In this document: positions 18,584-28,565 of the stretch, one piece after another
How the letters are laid out: each line of letters opens with the position of its first letter
How positions within the stretch are numbered: position 1 is the stretch's first letter
Assembly: GCA_965202985.1 (NCBI GenBank)
Contig: CBDBCF010000002.1
Span: 288,001 to 352,000 of the forward strand
Length of the DNA stretch: 64,000 bases
Direction: 5' to 3'
DNA from: Longimicrobiales bacterium
Lineage (GTDB): Bacteria > Gemmatimonadota > Gemmatimonadetes > Longimicrobiales > Gaopeijiaceae
Made by a program: the position numbers and the translations under genes
Notes under the pieces: generated by a model
What the model saw: the letters and a program-made list of their open reading frames with translations, nothing else
What the model was told of the DNA's origin: nothing
Database searches by the model: none

Positions 18584-19488
18584 GGCTCTGAACCGAAAGC
18601 GCATGTGTAGTCACCCGAAGATCTTCTAGGGACGATTTTCCAGGCTGCGTGCACGCCGAGTCGGTGCCAGGTCGATCTGGCTTCAGGGTTCCAAACATCA
18701 AGCAATGCATCAATACCGTGGTGTTCCAGGGGTTGAGACCAAGCTGGCCAGAGAAACCGCCGTTCTCTCCGCTTGTCCAGTGCATCCTCGACTTCAACCA
18801 TTCGCCAGCCTCTTTGTAGGGGCGACACGCCAGACGCGCGGCCTAACCGTTCATCAGTCCCGTTGCCGCGGACAGGAAGAAGAGCCAGGCCAAAGAATGC
18901 GAGTATTTCAACGACAGGATCGACGAACTTGCCGTGTTCGTCAGATTGTGATCCTAAACGTGTCAGATCAAATCCCAACCCATTGTCCTTGACCCGTGCT
19001 GCTCGTCCCGCGAGGGAGTCCATCAGTCGATCTCGTGAAGACTGCGACAACGCCTTTTGCAATTTCAGAATGCGGTGATGAAGCCACTTGATGGGTCCAG
19101 GTCCGGCAGCGTCAAAAGGCGCGTGGGCAACTTCCCCATTTTTGTCCACATGCAAGTCCGTAAGTGTGGAAGATATCGTCCACGACTGAGGATCGCCGCG
19201 AGCGGCACGTGTTCGGGCAACCAGTGCGTCAACATGCACCTTGCGTTCCAATGGATTGTCGGGCTGCCATTCGGACGCCAATGGCATCGAGTCAAGTGCA
19301 TCTGCATCTGGCCACGCAGCCTCGAGAAGCGAAATCGGATCGTTGTCGTCGGCCGACAGAACTGCGATAGGCGTGGGCTCGGAGGTCCATCCCAACCGAA
19401 TTCGGGAATCAAGAACAGTGGCACCGACGGCCGCGAGCCAACCGTTGATCCAATCAGCCGGCAAGCCGATGCAGGATACATGGGCCAT
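18577..19488 (-). CDS. Type I-G large subunit, short Csb3/Cas8g-like form (303 aa)
   Basis: Position between cas3 and cas4; N-terminal GLPADWINGWLAAVG and PVVEILAFFGLALLPV, FLWPAW motifs resembling Cas8u/Csb3. Confidence 0.72.
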   Translation of the reverse strand: MAHVSCIGLPADWINGWLAAVGATVLDSRIRLGWTSEPTPIAVLSADDNDPISLLEAAWPDADALDSMPLASEWQPDNPLERKVHVDALVARTRAARGDPQSWTISSTLTDLHVDKNGEVAHAPFDAAGPGPIKWLHHRILKLQKALSQSSRDRLMDSLAGRAARVKDNGLGFDLTRLGSQSDEHGKFVDPVVEILAFFGLALLPVRGNGTDERLGRASGVSPLQRGWRMVEVEDALDKRRERRFLWPAWSQPLEHHGIDALLDVWNPEARSTWHRLGVHAAWKIVPRRSSGDYTCAFGSEPW

Positions 19489-22338
19489 TTATGTGGTCCT
19501 CTTGGTGGACAAAGTGGAGTTGCGTCCAGATACCGCATGGTCCGCCCGGCATACTATCGATTCCAGTAGCGCGAGGCCCCAGGGTCCGAATTCCGAATTG
19601 AGCCTATGGAACCTGGCTGGTTGCTCCCAATCGACCTCGGAAAGATCAGCAGACGTCGTGAGGGAATGGCCATCGATGCTGCAAGCCAAGGCCGCCGGAG
19701 CTTCGTCGAGCACAGGGCCGACGAGCGGCCGTCCGTGGCCATGATGGCTGATGACGAGATGAAGAAGCAATTCTCGCAGAAGTCCGGTGCCCCATTCGGA
19801 GTCGAAGTCGAGCCACTGACTCACGAGACGTGCGGACAGCACCTCGTGACGGCCTCCACGGGGCCATCCGGCGGCAACGCGGGCTGCGTTCCAACTGTGG
19901 CGCGGCAAGCCCGACTTGGCGAGCATAGCGCATGTGTGGTCGCCTCTGGGGTCCAGCCATCGCTGGAAGCGCTCGTCCGCTTTTCCAATGTCGTGTAGGC
20001 GACCGGCCCGTGCCACGACCTCAACCAAGTCGCGACGCATGCCAAGGCGATTTGCAATCGTCTGCGCATGCTTCTCGACATCCTCACTGTGACGGTCCAA
20101 GGATTCGACGTTCGCAGCCAAGGATCTCTCGTCGAACTCGTCGCTACTGCGCTCTTTCTCTGTGGTTTCAACACGAAGTCGAGCAACCTCTCCTCGTGGG
20201 ACAACTGCCACGGGATTCAGGGAGTCAACGAAGTCTGTCCACTCCTCTTGACGCCATCCCGACGGCGTATTTGCTTCCCGAAGGTTGTCCACAATCCGCT
20301 CGACAGCCTGTCGTTGCTCGGCAGGATCGAGATCGACGCCGTCTTCCTGGGGAATCCCCGTGGCCGTCCGGATCAACTTGTCGGGAAGGGCAACGCCGGA
20401 CATGCGCTTGATCGCAACCGGATCGAGTGGCAACCCGTTGCCAGGGAGGGACACGTCGACCACTGGCGACGCTCGCGACGACGGTTCCCACCCAAATTCG
20501 TCGAGAAGCCCACGGTCAACCGGAAGCACCAGCGAGTCTCCGGGTCGCAAGTCGTCGGCTCCGACCCTTTCGACGGTCACGCGATCTGCGGCGATCCGAT
20601 GTATTTCTTCATCCTGCTCCAGAGCTTCTCGAAATTCCCAAATTGGAACACTAACCGCCTCTCGGTCTTTTGCTCTGGGCCACAACCGAGCTCCTGCCAA
20701 GTCGCGCTGGCCGGTCGGGTCGCCGTCACCGTCGGGAATGTGCGCTCGCCAAATCACAGAGACCATGCGATCGACTCTGGCAATCCCAGAGAAAAACGAC
20801 TCCACCGGCGCTTCGCCAGGAGGCGGCGTGGTTGTCTTGATCCACTCCCACAGCAGTCCATAGAGAATTTCTGGCGCGCGTCCGCACTCGTCTTTGGGAA
20901 GGCCAAGGACCTCCTTGATGTGACGGGAGCAAAGGTTCAGTTCTTCCGACTCTTCGCCAGACCGTTTCTGAAGCCGCTGCCAGACGATCGCCGGCTCTGG
21001 ACCGTAGACAGGCCATTCAGCAGGATTGTTGGTTGGCGTGACGCGATGTTGCTTTGGTGGAGGTGCATGGAGGTACACAGCGCGAGCGTGATCATGACGG
21101 CCGAGCCGGTTCATCCGTCCGAATCGCTGCGTAAGCGCCCTTACTCCACAAGTCTCCGTAACGACATATTCGGCGTCGATGTCCGCTCCAACTTCCAGTG
21201 TTTGGGTCGCAACAACGACCAAGTGACGGTCTCGACACGCGCCATGCTCCCTGTCAGACGCCATGCCGTGCTCCGGATGGAGTATTCGACTTCGGATGTC
21301 CTCCGCTTCGCGTTCTCGTGCTCGCCCGGTCAGCAGCTTGACTTCCGCGTCGCGGCCCAGCAGCTTTCTCAGCAAACCGAACACTTGGCGTGCGGTTTTC
21401 GGAGTGTTGGCGAACACCACGCCTGCTGCCGGTGCTCGTGCGCGATCAAGCAAATCTCTCATCGCCTCGGCAAGCTTACTTGGCACGTCTTTGGCTTCGC
21501 ATTTTCGAAGTTCCACCGGCTTGGGCGCATCCAAGCGCTTTTTGACGATGGCGTTGTCGAAGTCGTTTTCGTCCAGGTCGAATCGCGAGGCGACCGGTTC
21601 GCCGCCGGTTGCGGTTAGGGATACGAGCTGTGGTTCGGATCGCGATTGAGGCAGAACGTCGTGTCCATGGGGAGCGCACCCCTGAAGGGCATCGCAGAGT
21701 GTTCGCAGGTGTGGCGCGAGATGGGCTTCGTCGAGCAAGACGAGACTGTCGGTTCCGGCCATGGCGGCGTCGATGGGACGCCGCATTCGGCTCGATCCGT
21801 AGCCACGAAACAAAAGCCGCGACCCGTACATCGGGAGTGTGGACAAGATGACTGCAGGCTGGGACGGATCGGTGGGCGTGCGGGATTCAACACCTCCTCG
21901 GAGCCGTATGACCTCCAAAGCACATGCCGAGGAAGATGCGCTGAGGGAACGCAGTCTGTCGCCGACGGCTGTGATGTCTCCACCAGCGGCGTCGGATCTC
22001 AATTCGACGCTCGATAGATCATCCAGGGCGGCCGCGAGCTTGTCAGCATGCTCCCAGGTGGAATCGACAAGCATGCGCCGGTTGACTACCCACCAGATCC
22101 GGGTTGGCGCGGACCGGAGAGTGGGATCAAGGTGCGCTTGGGACGCCAACCACCATACGGCAATGTCCAAACACGCCGTCTTGCCAAGGCCAGTCGGCAC
22201 ACCGACTTCAATCGGCCATCTGTTGTCTTCGCGGACTTGACGAGCAAGCCGAGCCTGCCAGGGAAACGGTTCACGGCCCTTGTTGATGGCCCGGTAGAAC
22301 GCTTCAAAGTCCGGCATTGGAAGCTGAGATTCGGTCAC
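19489..22338 (-). CDS. cas3: Type I-G Cas3 helicase with C-terminal HD nuclease domain
   Basis: PFPWQ, PTGLGKT, DEAH, SLTAT, ATQTLEVGADID, QRFGRMNR; C-terminal LHDIGK, RHE, SHHG, ADH. Confidence 0.97.
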   Translation of the reverse strand: MTESQLPMPDFEAFYRAINKGREPFPWQARLARQVREDNRWPIEVGVPTGLGKTACLDIAVWWLASQAHLDPTLRSAPTRIWWVVNRRMLVDSTWEHADKLAAALDDLSSVELRSDAAGGDITAVGDRLRSLSASSSACALEVIRLRGGVESRTPTDPSQPAVILSTLPMYGSRLLFRGYGSSRMRRPIDAAMAGTDSLVLLDEAHLAPHLRTLCDALQGCAPHGHDVLPQSRSEPQLVSLTATGGEPVASRFDLDENDFDNAIVKKRLDAPKPVELRKCEAKDVPSKLAEAMRDLLDRARAPAAGVVFANTPKTARQVFGLLRKLLGRDAEVKLLTGRAREREAEDIRSRILHPEHGMASDREHGACRDRHLVVVATQTLEVGADIDAEYVVTETCGVRALTQRFGRMNRLGRHDHARAVYLHAPPPKQHRVTPTNNPAEWPVYGPEPAIVWQRLQKRSGEESEELNLCSRHIKEVLGLPKDECGRAPEILYGLLWEWIKTTTPPPGEAPVESFFSGIARVDRMVSVIWRAHIPDGDGDPTGQRDLAGARLWPRAKDREAVSVPIWEFREALEQDEEIHRIAADRVTVERVGADDLRPGDSLVLPVDRGLLDEFGWEPSSRASPVVDVSLPGNGLPLDPVAIKRMSGVALPDKLIRTATGIPQEDGVDLDPAEQRQAVERIVDNLREANTPSGWRQEEWTDFVDSLNPVAVVPRGEVARLRVETTEKERSSDEFDERSLAANVESLDRHSEDVEKHAQTIANRLGMRRDLVEVVARAGRLHDIGKADERFQRWLDPRGDHTCAMLAKSGLPRHSWNAARVAAGWPRGGRHEVLSARLVSQWLDFDSEWGTGLLRELLLHLVISHHGHGRPLVGPVLDEAPAALACSIDGHSLTTSADLSEVDWEQPARFHRLNSEFGPWGLALLESIVCRADHAVSGRNSTLSTKRTT

Positions 22339-22343
22339 GGTTT

Positions 22344-23756
22344 CTAGGTTCTGCTATGTGAGTCGAGCGGTGCACACAGCCCGAACCCCCGTTGCCGCCC
22401 GCTGCCGATGACGATTGGCCCACGAACGGGCTCAGCAAACTGCAGCGCCACATGGCAATAGGGCAATCGAGGCCGGTCGCGTCGGTGCACTTCGACCGGC
22501 GCAAGATCGACGGCTCCCCTAACAAGTGGAGCCCGCGCCGCACGAAACGCTATCGGCTCTGGAAGTCCGGCGTGACGACACCAACGGGAGACTTCGTCCA
22601 AGTCGAGCGTTCCGTGCCGCTCGTGGACTGCAGGAAAGGCGGTAACCCACTCGCGGGATTCTCTTTCCCATCTGCGGGGCTGGACAGCCCAAGGGCGGTC
22701 CATGTGTCGACGTGCGACCGACACGTCGACGCCGTTGCCAACCAGTCGCCGCACCGAATACACCGCACTTCGCACGCTCCGGCGTTCGGCGGCGTCCGAC
22801 TCGGGCGGCAACCACAACGCCAGTCCGTGAATTCGCCCTCTCGAATGAGGGAAAGCCACGTCGGGCAGAGCGAGGAAGCGAGCAAGTTCGTAGCCCTTTC
22901 CACTCCAGCCGTGCCCATGGAGAACCGCGGGCGGCTGTCCGAACATCCGTTGATAGTGGCTGAGAACAGCTTTCTTGAACAAGCCCGTCAGGACGCCGAT
23001 TCGCCGGCCAGAAACGGCCTTGTCCAGGCTCATCCAAGCCACGACGCTCCCACCCGATGGCCGCCGTCCCGACCGTGGGTCGCGGTAGGCAGCCTCGTGA
23101 CGCAACCCCGGGAACTGCGAGCGACTGACACTTGCCCCCTCCCGTTGCCATGCCTGGTACATCTGGTCGAGGATGCTGAGGTCTCCTGGCCTCGGAACAT
23201 TGATGTGGAGCGTGCCGTCGGAATCGGGTACGTATGCAACCCCCCGGCCGATCGGAGGCGGATCACCGGTGCGCACTCGGACGCGGGCCGGGGAATCGGA
23301 AGTGCCCAGGTACCCAATGCGGGCCGCGCGAAACCGCAGTGCGTCGAGGATTCGCTTTGAGGGCGGTGCCACATCCCACGAGTAGACAAGCCGGGGGTCC
23401 TTCGGTGCCACCCGGATGCTGGGTCGAACGAGCGCCCCCTCTCGAGCGACGTACTCCTGGTGCGTTTTCTGTTTGCCCGTGGAGTGGTGCTTGACCACAT
23501 AACGGGGCTGCATCTCCGAGTGTGGCGGGTTGCAGTCTGCGTGAATCACGGGGGGCGGCAACCGCTCGATCCACTCCAGTTCTGATCCATCGGTAGCGGT
23601 GCAACGATCTCCCGTCCCGTCTGCTGCGACGAACGCGGCGAAGAGCCGGAAGGGAGTAGGCGGCCACTCCGGGACCACCAGACGCCCCGTGTTCGCCGTG
23701 CCGAGTGCGTCTCCCCGGAAGGTTCCGTGAAGCAGCTCGGCCGATACCGAGAACAT
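22344..23756 (-). CDS. csb2: Type I-G Csb2 (Cas5-Cas6 fusion)
   Basis: PEWPPTPFRLFAAFVA, IGYLGTSDS, C-terminal VRGPIVIGSGRQRGFGLCAP G-rich loop; TGATG coupling to cas7. Confidence 0.93.
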   Translation of the reverse strand: MFSVSAELLHGTFRGDALGTANTGRLVVPEWPPTPFRLFAAFVAADGTGDRCTATDGSELEWIERLPPPVIHADCNPPHSEMQPRYVVKHHSTGKQKTHQEYVAREGALVRPSIRVAPKDPRLVYSWDVAPPSKRILDALRFRAARIGYLGTSDSPARVRVRTGDPPPIGRGVAYVPDSDGTLHINVPRPGDLSILDQMYQAWQREGASVSRSQFPGLRHEAAYRDPRSGRRPSGGSVVAWMSLDKAVSGRRIGVLTGLFKKAVLSHYQRMFGQPPAVLHGHGWSGKGYELARFLALPDVAFPHSRGRIHGLALWLPPESDAAERRSVRSAVYSVRRLVGNGVDVSVARRHMDRPWAVQPRRWERESREWVTAFPAVHERHGTLDLDEVSRWCRHAGLPEPIAFRAARAPLVRGAVDLAPVEVHRRDRPRLPYCHVALQFAEPVRGPIVIGSGRQRGFGLCAPLDSHSRT

Positions 23757-24955
23757 CAGCCGTCTCCGGCTTCCTCGCCGTCCAGATTGGGCCACGTCTT
23801 GCTGATCGCGTTGCACAGGTTGGGTTTGGGCGAAAGCACGAGCGGCTCTTGGTCCCAACCATCCAGTGGAACCCCGACGGCCCTCGCGTTCTCCTTGGCC
23901 TCGTTCACCATGCTCAGAACCCCCTCGGCGTTGATGATAGCACACGACTCATCGCCAGCACTTCCCAGCCACGTCACGACCGCCGTGGCCGGTCGAAGCT
24001 CGGCTCCCGACCGAAGCGCGAAGCCTCGCCCGAACGCGAGGACGTGCGCGTACAGGCCGAGAGCAACAAGCAGCGCGCGGGCCGCGCCGTCCGCTTTATC
24101 GTCATAGCCGCTTCCCAGATGGATCCGCCGGAGCTGGGCGAACGAAACCGTGGCCCGCTGACTGATCCGCGAGAAAGACACCGCCGCCGCGGTGGCCTCT
24201 TTGCCCATGAACGGCACCTGACCGTGACCGATCTCGGAGAGGGCGGCCTTCTTCTTGCCCTTGCCGAACTGCCAATAGGTGGAGTCATTGGGATCGAAGG
24301 CGACGCTCTCGTCGACGCTGAGATTCAGCGAGTCACCCTTGAGACCCCGCGTCCGTGTGTCCGTCGAGGCTGGATTCCAGCCGATGATCTCGGAGACCCA
24401 CGCCCTAGCGTGCTTGGCGTTGGAGCGCTTCTTCCCCAGGTGGGACTGCCAGAACCCGAAGAGAAGGGCTTGTGGGAACCACTTCATAAGCGGGGCGCAG
24501 GTCTGCGCGGTGGCTCCAAAGATGTCGCGCCCGATTTCTGTGTTAAGGAAGTCGCTGCCGCCCAGCATAGCGTCGCGGAGGTAGGCGTCGGCGTTCCTGT
24601 GGGGGAACTGCCAGCTGGACAGTTGCCGGGGCAGGTGGGGTGGAAGGTGGAGTCCATCCAGGTCAAGGACGAGTTCGGGGAGACCAGCGTCGGCCCGGCG
24701 TCGCCGCAGGGCGTCTTCCAGGCGGTTTGCCTGCGAGGGGACGTTGTCGATGACGATCACAGGCGTCGGCTTGTCATCATCGATCGACGCCCAACGACGA
24801 TCCTGCTGATACTCGCCGCCCTCGTAGACGGCTGGCTTCACCGGTGCCCCAGGCCCGGCCAGCGGTTCCAGATCAGTGTCGATGCGAATGCCGTCGTCAA
24901 AGTGGCTGTCGGCGCAACCGGCCAGCAGCGAGTCCAGAGTGATCGTTCGGGCCAT
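23756..24955 (-). CDS. csb1: Type I-G Cas7 (Csb1) backbone subunit
   Basis: VKPAVY, IDNVPSQANRLE, PHRNADAY, PQALLFGFWQS, SEIGHGQVP, LRSGAEL; GGAGG RBS. Confidence 0.94.
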   Translation of the reverse strand: MARTITLDSLLAGCADSHFDDGIRIDTDLEPLAGPGAPVKPAVYEGGEYQQDRRWASIDDDKPTPVIVIDNVPSQANRLEDALRRRRADAGLPELVLDLDGLHLPPHLPRQLSSWQFPHRNADAYLRDAMLGGSDFLNTEIGRDIFGATAQTCAPLMKWFPQALLFGFWQSHLGKKRSNAKHARAWVSEIIGWNPASTDTRTRGLKGDSLNLSVDESVAFDPNDSTYWQFGKGKKKAALSEIGHGQVPFMGKEATAAAVSFSRISQRATVSFAQLRRIHLGSGYDDKADGAARALLVALGLYAHVLAFGRGFALRSGAELRPATAVVTWLGSAGDESCAIINAEGVLSMVNEAKENARAVGVPLDGWDQEPLVLSPKPNLCNAISKTWPNLDGEEAGDG

Positions 24956-26262
24956 GTGATCCTCCAAGAGTGGATGGGATTGGGGCGTATGGACAGCAAG
25001 ATAACAGCCCCCCGTGACAGCCGCACGGGTGGCGACCCATGGTTACCGCGAAAGTCGTCTCCCGGCAAGTCCCAGCGGAACGTGGGGTAGGGGGTGGCCC
25101 CGATTTCTCGGGCCGGTCCTTGGCGTACGAGGTCGAAGTCGGGACGCCGCGAGCCGACGGCCAGTCCTCCCGGCTTGGCCGACGAGCCGATGTGGGGCCG
25201 CCCCAGCGCCCGGTGGGGTTCCACGAGATCGGACACCGGGCCAGCGTCGGCAATCTGCACCGTCCTGGCCGCCGCCAATCCAGCTTGCTGGAGGAAGGCG
25301 CGCCAAGTGCCCTGGCAAGCCTTCGGAGTCCGACTCCCGAGTGCGGCGCTCGGTCCCCCAATCCCGGTCATCGCCAACGTGTTGACCGGCGTTCTCGCGG
25401 CCCATGCCGCGGAATTGGCACCGTCGCCCGCGGCTTGAATGGGGCTCCACTTGCAAGCCAGACGGAGTCGTGGTACCATTAGTGACGCCCGAGTCGGGCA
25501 AGCCCAGCAGTCCCGGGTGTCGAGGTGCCCAGTCTGGAAGTTGCGGGAGGTCGGGACCCTGTGCGGTGTGTCGACATGAGGAAGTGGAAGGAGAACAGGA
25601 CACTCAAGCGAATATATCCAGCCTATATTTGTCTACAAGATAACAATATGGACTAAAGGGCTAATGCTTCATATTTTGTCGTTTCCAGTGATGCATATGA
25701 ACCATAGCTTCGTATCTGACTGAATACAGCATCCGCCGGGGTCGGATGCTGACGGAAACAATGGATGGGATCTAGCATTTACCAGGACAAAGCATCGCTG
25801 CTTTCGGGGGCCAACAAATGAACAGTTCGAATTGCAGGCCATGGCCAAGAGCGCCGCCCTTACAGGTGTTCGGCCTCCATGGAGGTATCAGGAAGTTGAC
25901 AATATATGCTCACCAGAATTGAGGCACAAATGAAGAGAAACGTAGCATTTCCTAGGATACGGAGAAATAATACAGTCCCCAAAAAGAAAGGAGGAAAGAT
26001 GAATGGATATCTGAACAGACGTCCAATGGAGCCGTTGCCGTTGCGTGTCAGGCTAATGCTTCGCTATGGTGCGGGTAACGGCCCAAGATCCTCTCCAGCG
26101 AAAGGCGGTGGAAGTCTGACATTGGACCAGAATAGCAATCCACTGCTATTCTTGGTGGGAACCCGTCCCGGTGTTGTCAGCAGGAGCTGGCAACCCTGGG
26201 GCGGGTTCGCGACGCCCGTTCGAGACGGCCCGTTCCGGAGACGAACGTCAATTCGCCAAGCA

Positions 26263-26632
26263 ACCCTCGCCTGCGGCCCCCCCCCGACGCCCCCCACCCA
26301 ACAACCCGCCACCCAGTGGCCCGTTTGCCGAGTGGCCCGTCTCCACCCCCGAAGCCGAGGGCCTGGACGCCGCCGCCGTGGATTCCCTCCTGGCCGACAT
26401 CGATGCCGAGCGCTACGGCCTGATCGACCACTTCCTCCTCGTCCGCCACGGTCGCGTCGTTGCCGACCGTCGCTGGGACCACGCCGCCCGCTACGCCGAA
26501 CTCCTGGCCGCGCAGGACGACACCGCCGCCCACCAGTACAACACGTCGGACCCCAGGCGCGCCGCGGCCACGCAGGAGGACTTCCTCACCATGCGAAGCG
26601 GGATCGAGTGGGCGACCCCCGGCCAGAGCTAC
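26263..26632 (+). pseudogene. Truncated, internally deleted duplicate of the downstream serine hydrolase gene
   Basis: Highly similar to 27447-27713 joined directly to 27882-27971; lacks start, catalytic SxxK segment and 3' half. Confidence 0.92.
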
Positions 26633-26652
26633 CCACCGGGGTCGGCCCCCCA

Positions 26653-26682
26653 TTGACCTTCAACGGAAACGTTACGTACCTT
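26653..26682 (+). promoter_or_regulatory. Possible promoter of the TA operon
   Basis: TTGACC, 18 bp, TACCTT with short palindromes (AACGTT, TACGTA) overlapping. Confidence 0.35.
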
Positions 26683-26728
26683 TATCGTGTCCATTTTTCG
26701 TTCCTGCGAACGCGAGGCCAACCCGAAG

Positions 26729-26971
26729 ATGAGCAAGACCATCGGAGCCGCGGCATTCAAGGCGACCTGCCTTCGGGTCATCAAGCAGATCAACCGGGAC
26801 GGGGAGTCGGTCGTCGTCACCAGGCACGGCCGGCCCGTCGCCGTCGTGTCGCCGGCGCCGGCCGACGCCGAGAGTCCGCTCTTGGTCGGAGCCATGCGGG
26901 GATCGGTGCTCGGCTACGACGATCCGTTCGAGCCCGCCGCCGACCCGGCCGATTGGACCGCGCATCGTTGA
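26729..26971 (+). CDS. Phd/YefM-family antitoxin
   Basis: MSKTIGAAAFKATCLRVI...VVVTRHGRPVAVV; 80 aa; overlaps toxin start. Confidence 0.92.
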   Translation: MSKTIGAAAFKATCLRVIKQINRDGESVVVTRHGRPVAVVSPAPADAESPLLVGAMRGSVLGYDDPFEPAADPADWTAHR

Positions 26972-27381
26972 TCGTCCTCGACACCCATGTGCTCGTGTGG
27001 GTTGTGGACGGCAGCAGGCGATTGGGAGCAACTGCGCGCGATCTGGTCAACCAAGCCGCGCGCGCCGGAGGCGTCGGCCTTTCGGCGATCACGCCGTGGG
27101 AAGTTGCCCTGCTGGCGGAAAAGGGCCGCCTCCGGCTGGGGCGCGACATCGCCGCTTGGCTGGACGAAGCTCTCGCTCTGCCCGGCTTGCGCTTGATCCC
27201 CATCGACCCCTCCATCGCCGTGGCAAGCGTGAGTCTGCCGGGAGACCTTGGCGCCGATCCCGCGGACCGCTTCATCGTCGCCACGGCGCGACACCTCGGC
27301 GTGCCGCTCGCGACCGCCGACCGAGCCATCCTCGCCTACGGCCGTCAAGGCCATGTCCGCGTATTGGACGCCCGTCGCTAG
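26968..27381 (+). CDS. vapC: VapC-family PIN-domain toxin
   Basis: LIVLDTHVLVW, SAITPWEV, DPADRFIVATA, LATAD; TTG start overlapping antitoxin stop. Confidence 0.92.
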   Translation: MIVLDTHVLVWVVDGSRRLGATARDLVNQAARAGGVGLSAITPWEVALLAEKGRLRLGRDIAAWLDEALALPGLRLIPIDPSIAVASVSLPGDLGADPADRFIVATARHLGVPLATADRAILAYGRQGHVRVLDARR

Positions 27382-27383
27382 TC

Positions 27384-28565
27384 GTGACCCGCAACTTGGT
27401 CCCCCGCGCGCTCGCCTGCTCGCTCGCCCTCGCCCTCGCCCCAACGACCCTCGCCTGCCGCCCACCAGTCCAGCAACCCGCCGCCCAATGGCCCGCTGCC
27501 GAGTGGCCCGTCTCCACCCCCGAAGCCGAGGGCCTGGACCACGCCGCCGTGGACTCCCTCCTGGCCGACATCGACGCCGGGCGCTACGGCCTGATCGACC
27601 ACTTCCTCCTCGTCCGCCACGGCCGCGTCGTCGCCGACCGCCGCTGGGACCACGCCGCCCGCTACGCCGAACTCCTGGCCGCGCAGGACGACACCGCCGC
27701 CCACCAGTACAACTACGACCACCCCGCTTGGCACCCGTTCTACCGCGACACCCGGCTCCACACCCTCCAGTCCGTCACCAAGAGCGTGCTCTCCGTGGCG
27801 TTCGGCATCGCCGTGGACGAGGGCCACCTGCCCGGCGTCGAGTCCCCGGCGTGGCCCTACCTGCGGGCCTACCAGCCCGACACGTCGGACCCCAGGCGCG
27901 CCGCGGCCACGCTGGAGGACTTCCTCACCATGCGAAGCGGGATCGAGTGGGCGGCCCCCGGCCAGACCTACGACGACGAGACCCACCCCACCGTGGTCCT
28001 GGAGGCCAGCGACGAGTGGATCGCCTACGCCGCCGGCCGCCCCATGGCGGAAGACCCCGGAACCCGCTTCGACTACAACGACGGCGTGAGCGTCCTGCTG
28101 GGCAAGATCGTCCGCGAAGCCACGGGCGCGAGAATGGACGAATGGGCGGCGGAGCGCCTCTTCCGCCCCATCGGAATCGACGAGCACTACTGGAAGATCA
28201 CGCCCGACGGCGAAGCCGACACCGAAGGGGGACTCTACCTGGCGCCCCACGACCTGGCCCGGATCGGCTACCTCATGCTGCGCGGCGGCCGGTGGGACGG
28301 CCGGCAGATCGTCTCGGAAGCCTGGGTGCGCGCCTCCACGTCCCCCGTCGTCCCCGACCCCGGCTACGGCTACCAGTGGTGGGTCCCCGTCCACCGCGAC
28401 GGCGAGCCCGTCGTCTTCGCCGCCAACGGCTACGGCGGCCAGTTCCTCCACGTCTCCCCCGAGCACGACCTGATCTCGGTCTTCAACGGCTGGACCCTCC
28501 ACGACCAGCCCGAACTCTCCAGCTGGACCGCCTTCCAGGACCGAATCCTGCCGGCGGTCAGGTAG
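27384..28565 (+). CDS. Beta-lactamase class C-like serine hydrolase, predicted lipoprotein
   Basis: TLAC lipobox; QSVTKS (SxxK), LTMRSG, PGTRFDYND (YxN), GYGYQWW, ANGYGGQ. Confidence 0.92.
   Translation: MTRNLVPRALACSLALALAPTTLACRPPVQQPAAQWPAAEWPVSTPEAEGLDHAAVDSLLADIDAGRYGLIDHFLLVRHGRVVADRRWDHAARYAELLAAQDDTAAHQYNYDHPAWHPFYRDTRLHTLQSVTKSVLSVAFGIAVDEGHLPGVESPAWPYLRAYQPDTSDPRRAAATLEDFLTMRSGIEWAAPGQTYDDETHPTVVLEASDEWIAYAAGRPMAEDPGTRFDYNDGVSVLLGKIVREATGARMDEWAAERLFRPIGIDEHYWKITPDGEADTEGGLYLAPHDLARIGYLMLRGGRWDGRQIVSEAWVRASTSPVVPDPGYGYQWWVPVHRDGEPVVFAANGYGGQFLHVSPEHDLISVFNGWTLHDQPELSSWTAFQDRILPAVR

Noticed and set aside
25081..25119. Resemblance of trailer spacer 6765-6799 to sequence upstream of cas7 (possible autorepression)
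   Set aside because: Only 7 contiguous seed-side matches (CCGGTCC), the rest needs gaps, and the flank reads CAA rather than a T-rich I-G PAM; expected by chance at this GC content
24838..25479. 213 aa minus-strand ORF with faint shikimate dehydrogenase-like words (VNTL, VQIADAG)
   Set aside because: No intact motifs, overlaps cas7 out of frame, no RBS
25906..27381. 491 aa ORF apparently fusing an N-terminal extension to VapC
   Set aside because: It crosses the hydrolase remnant and antitoxin out of frame; VapC has its own TTG start overlapping the antitoxin stop
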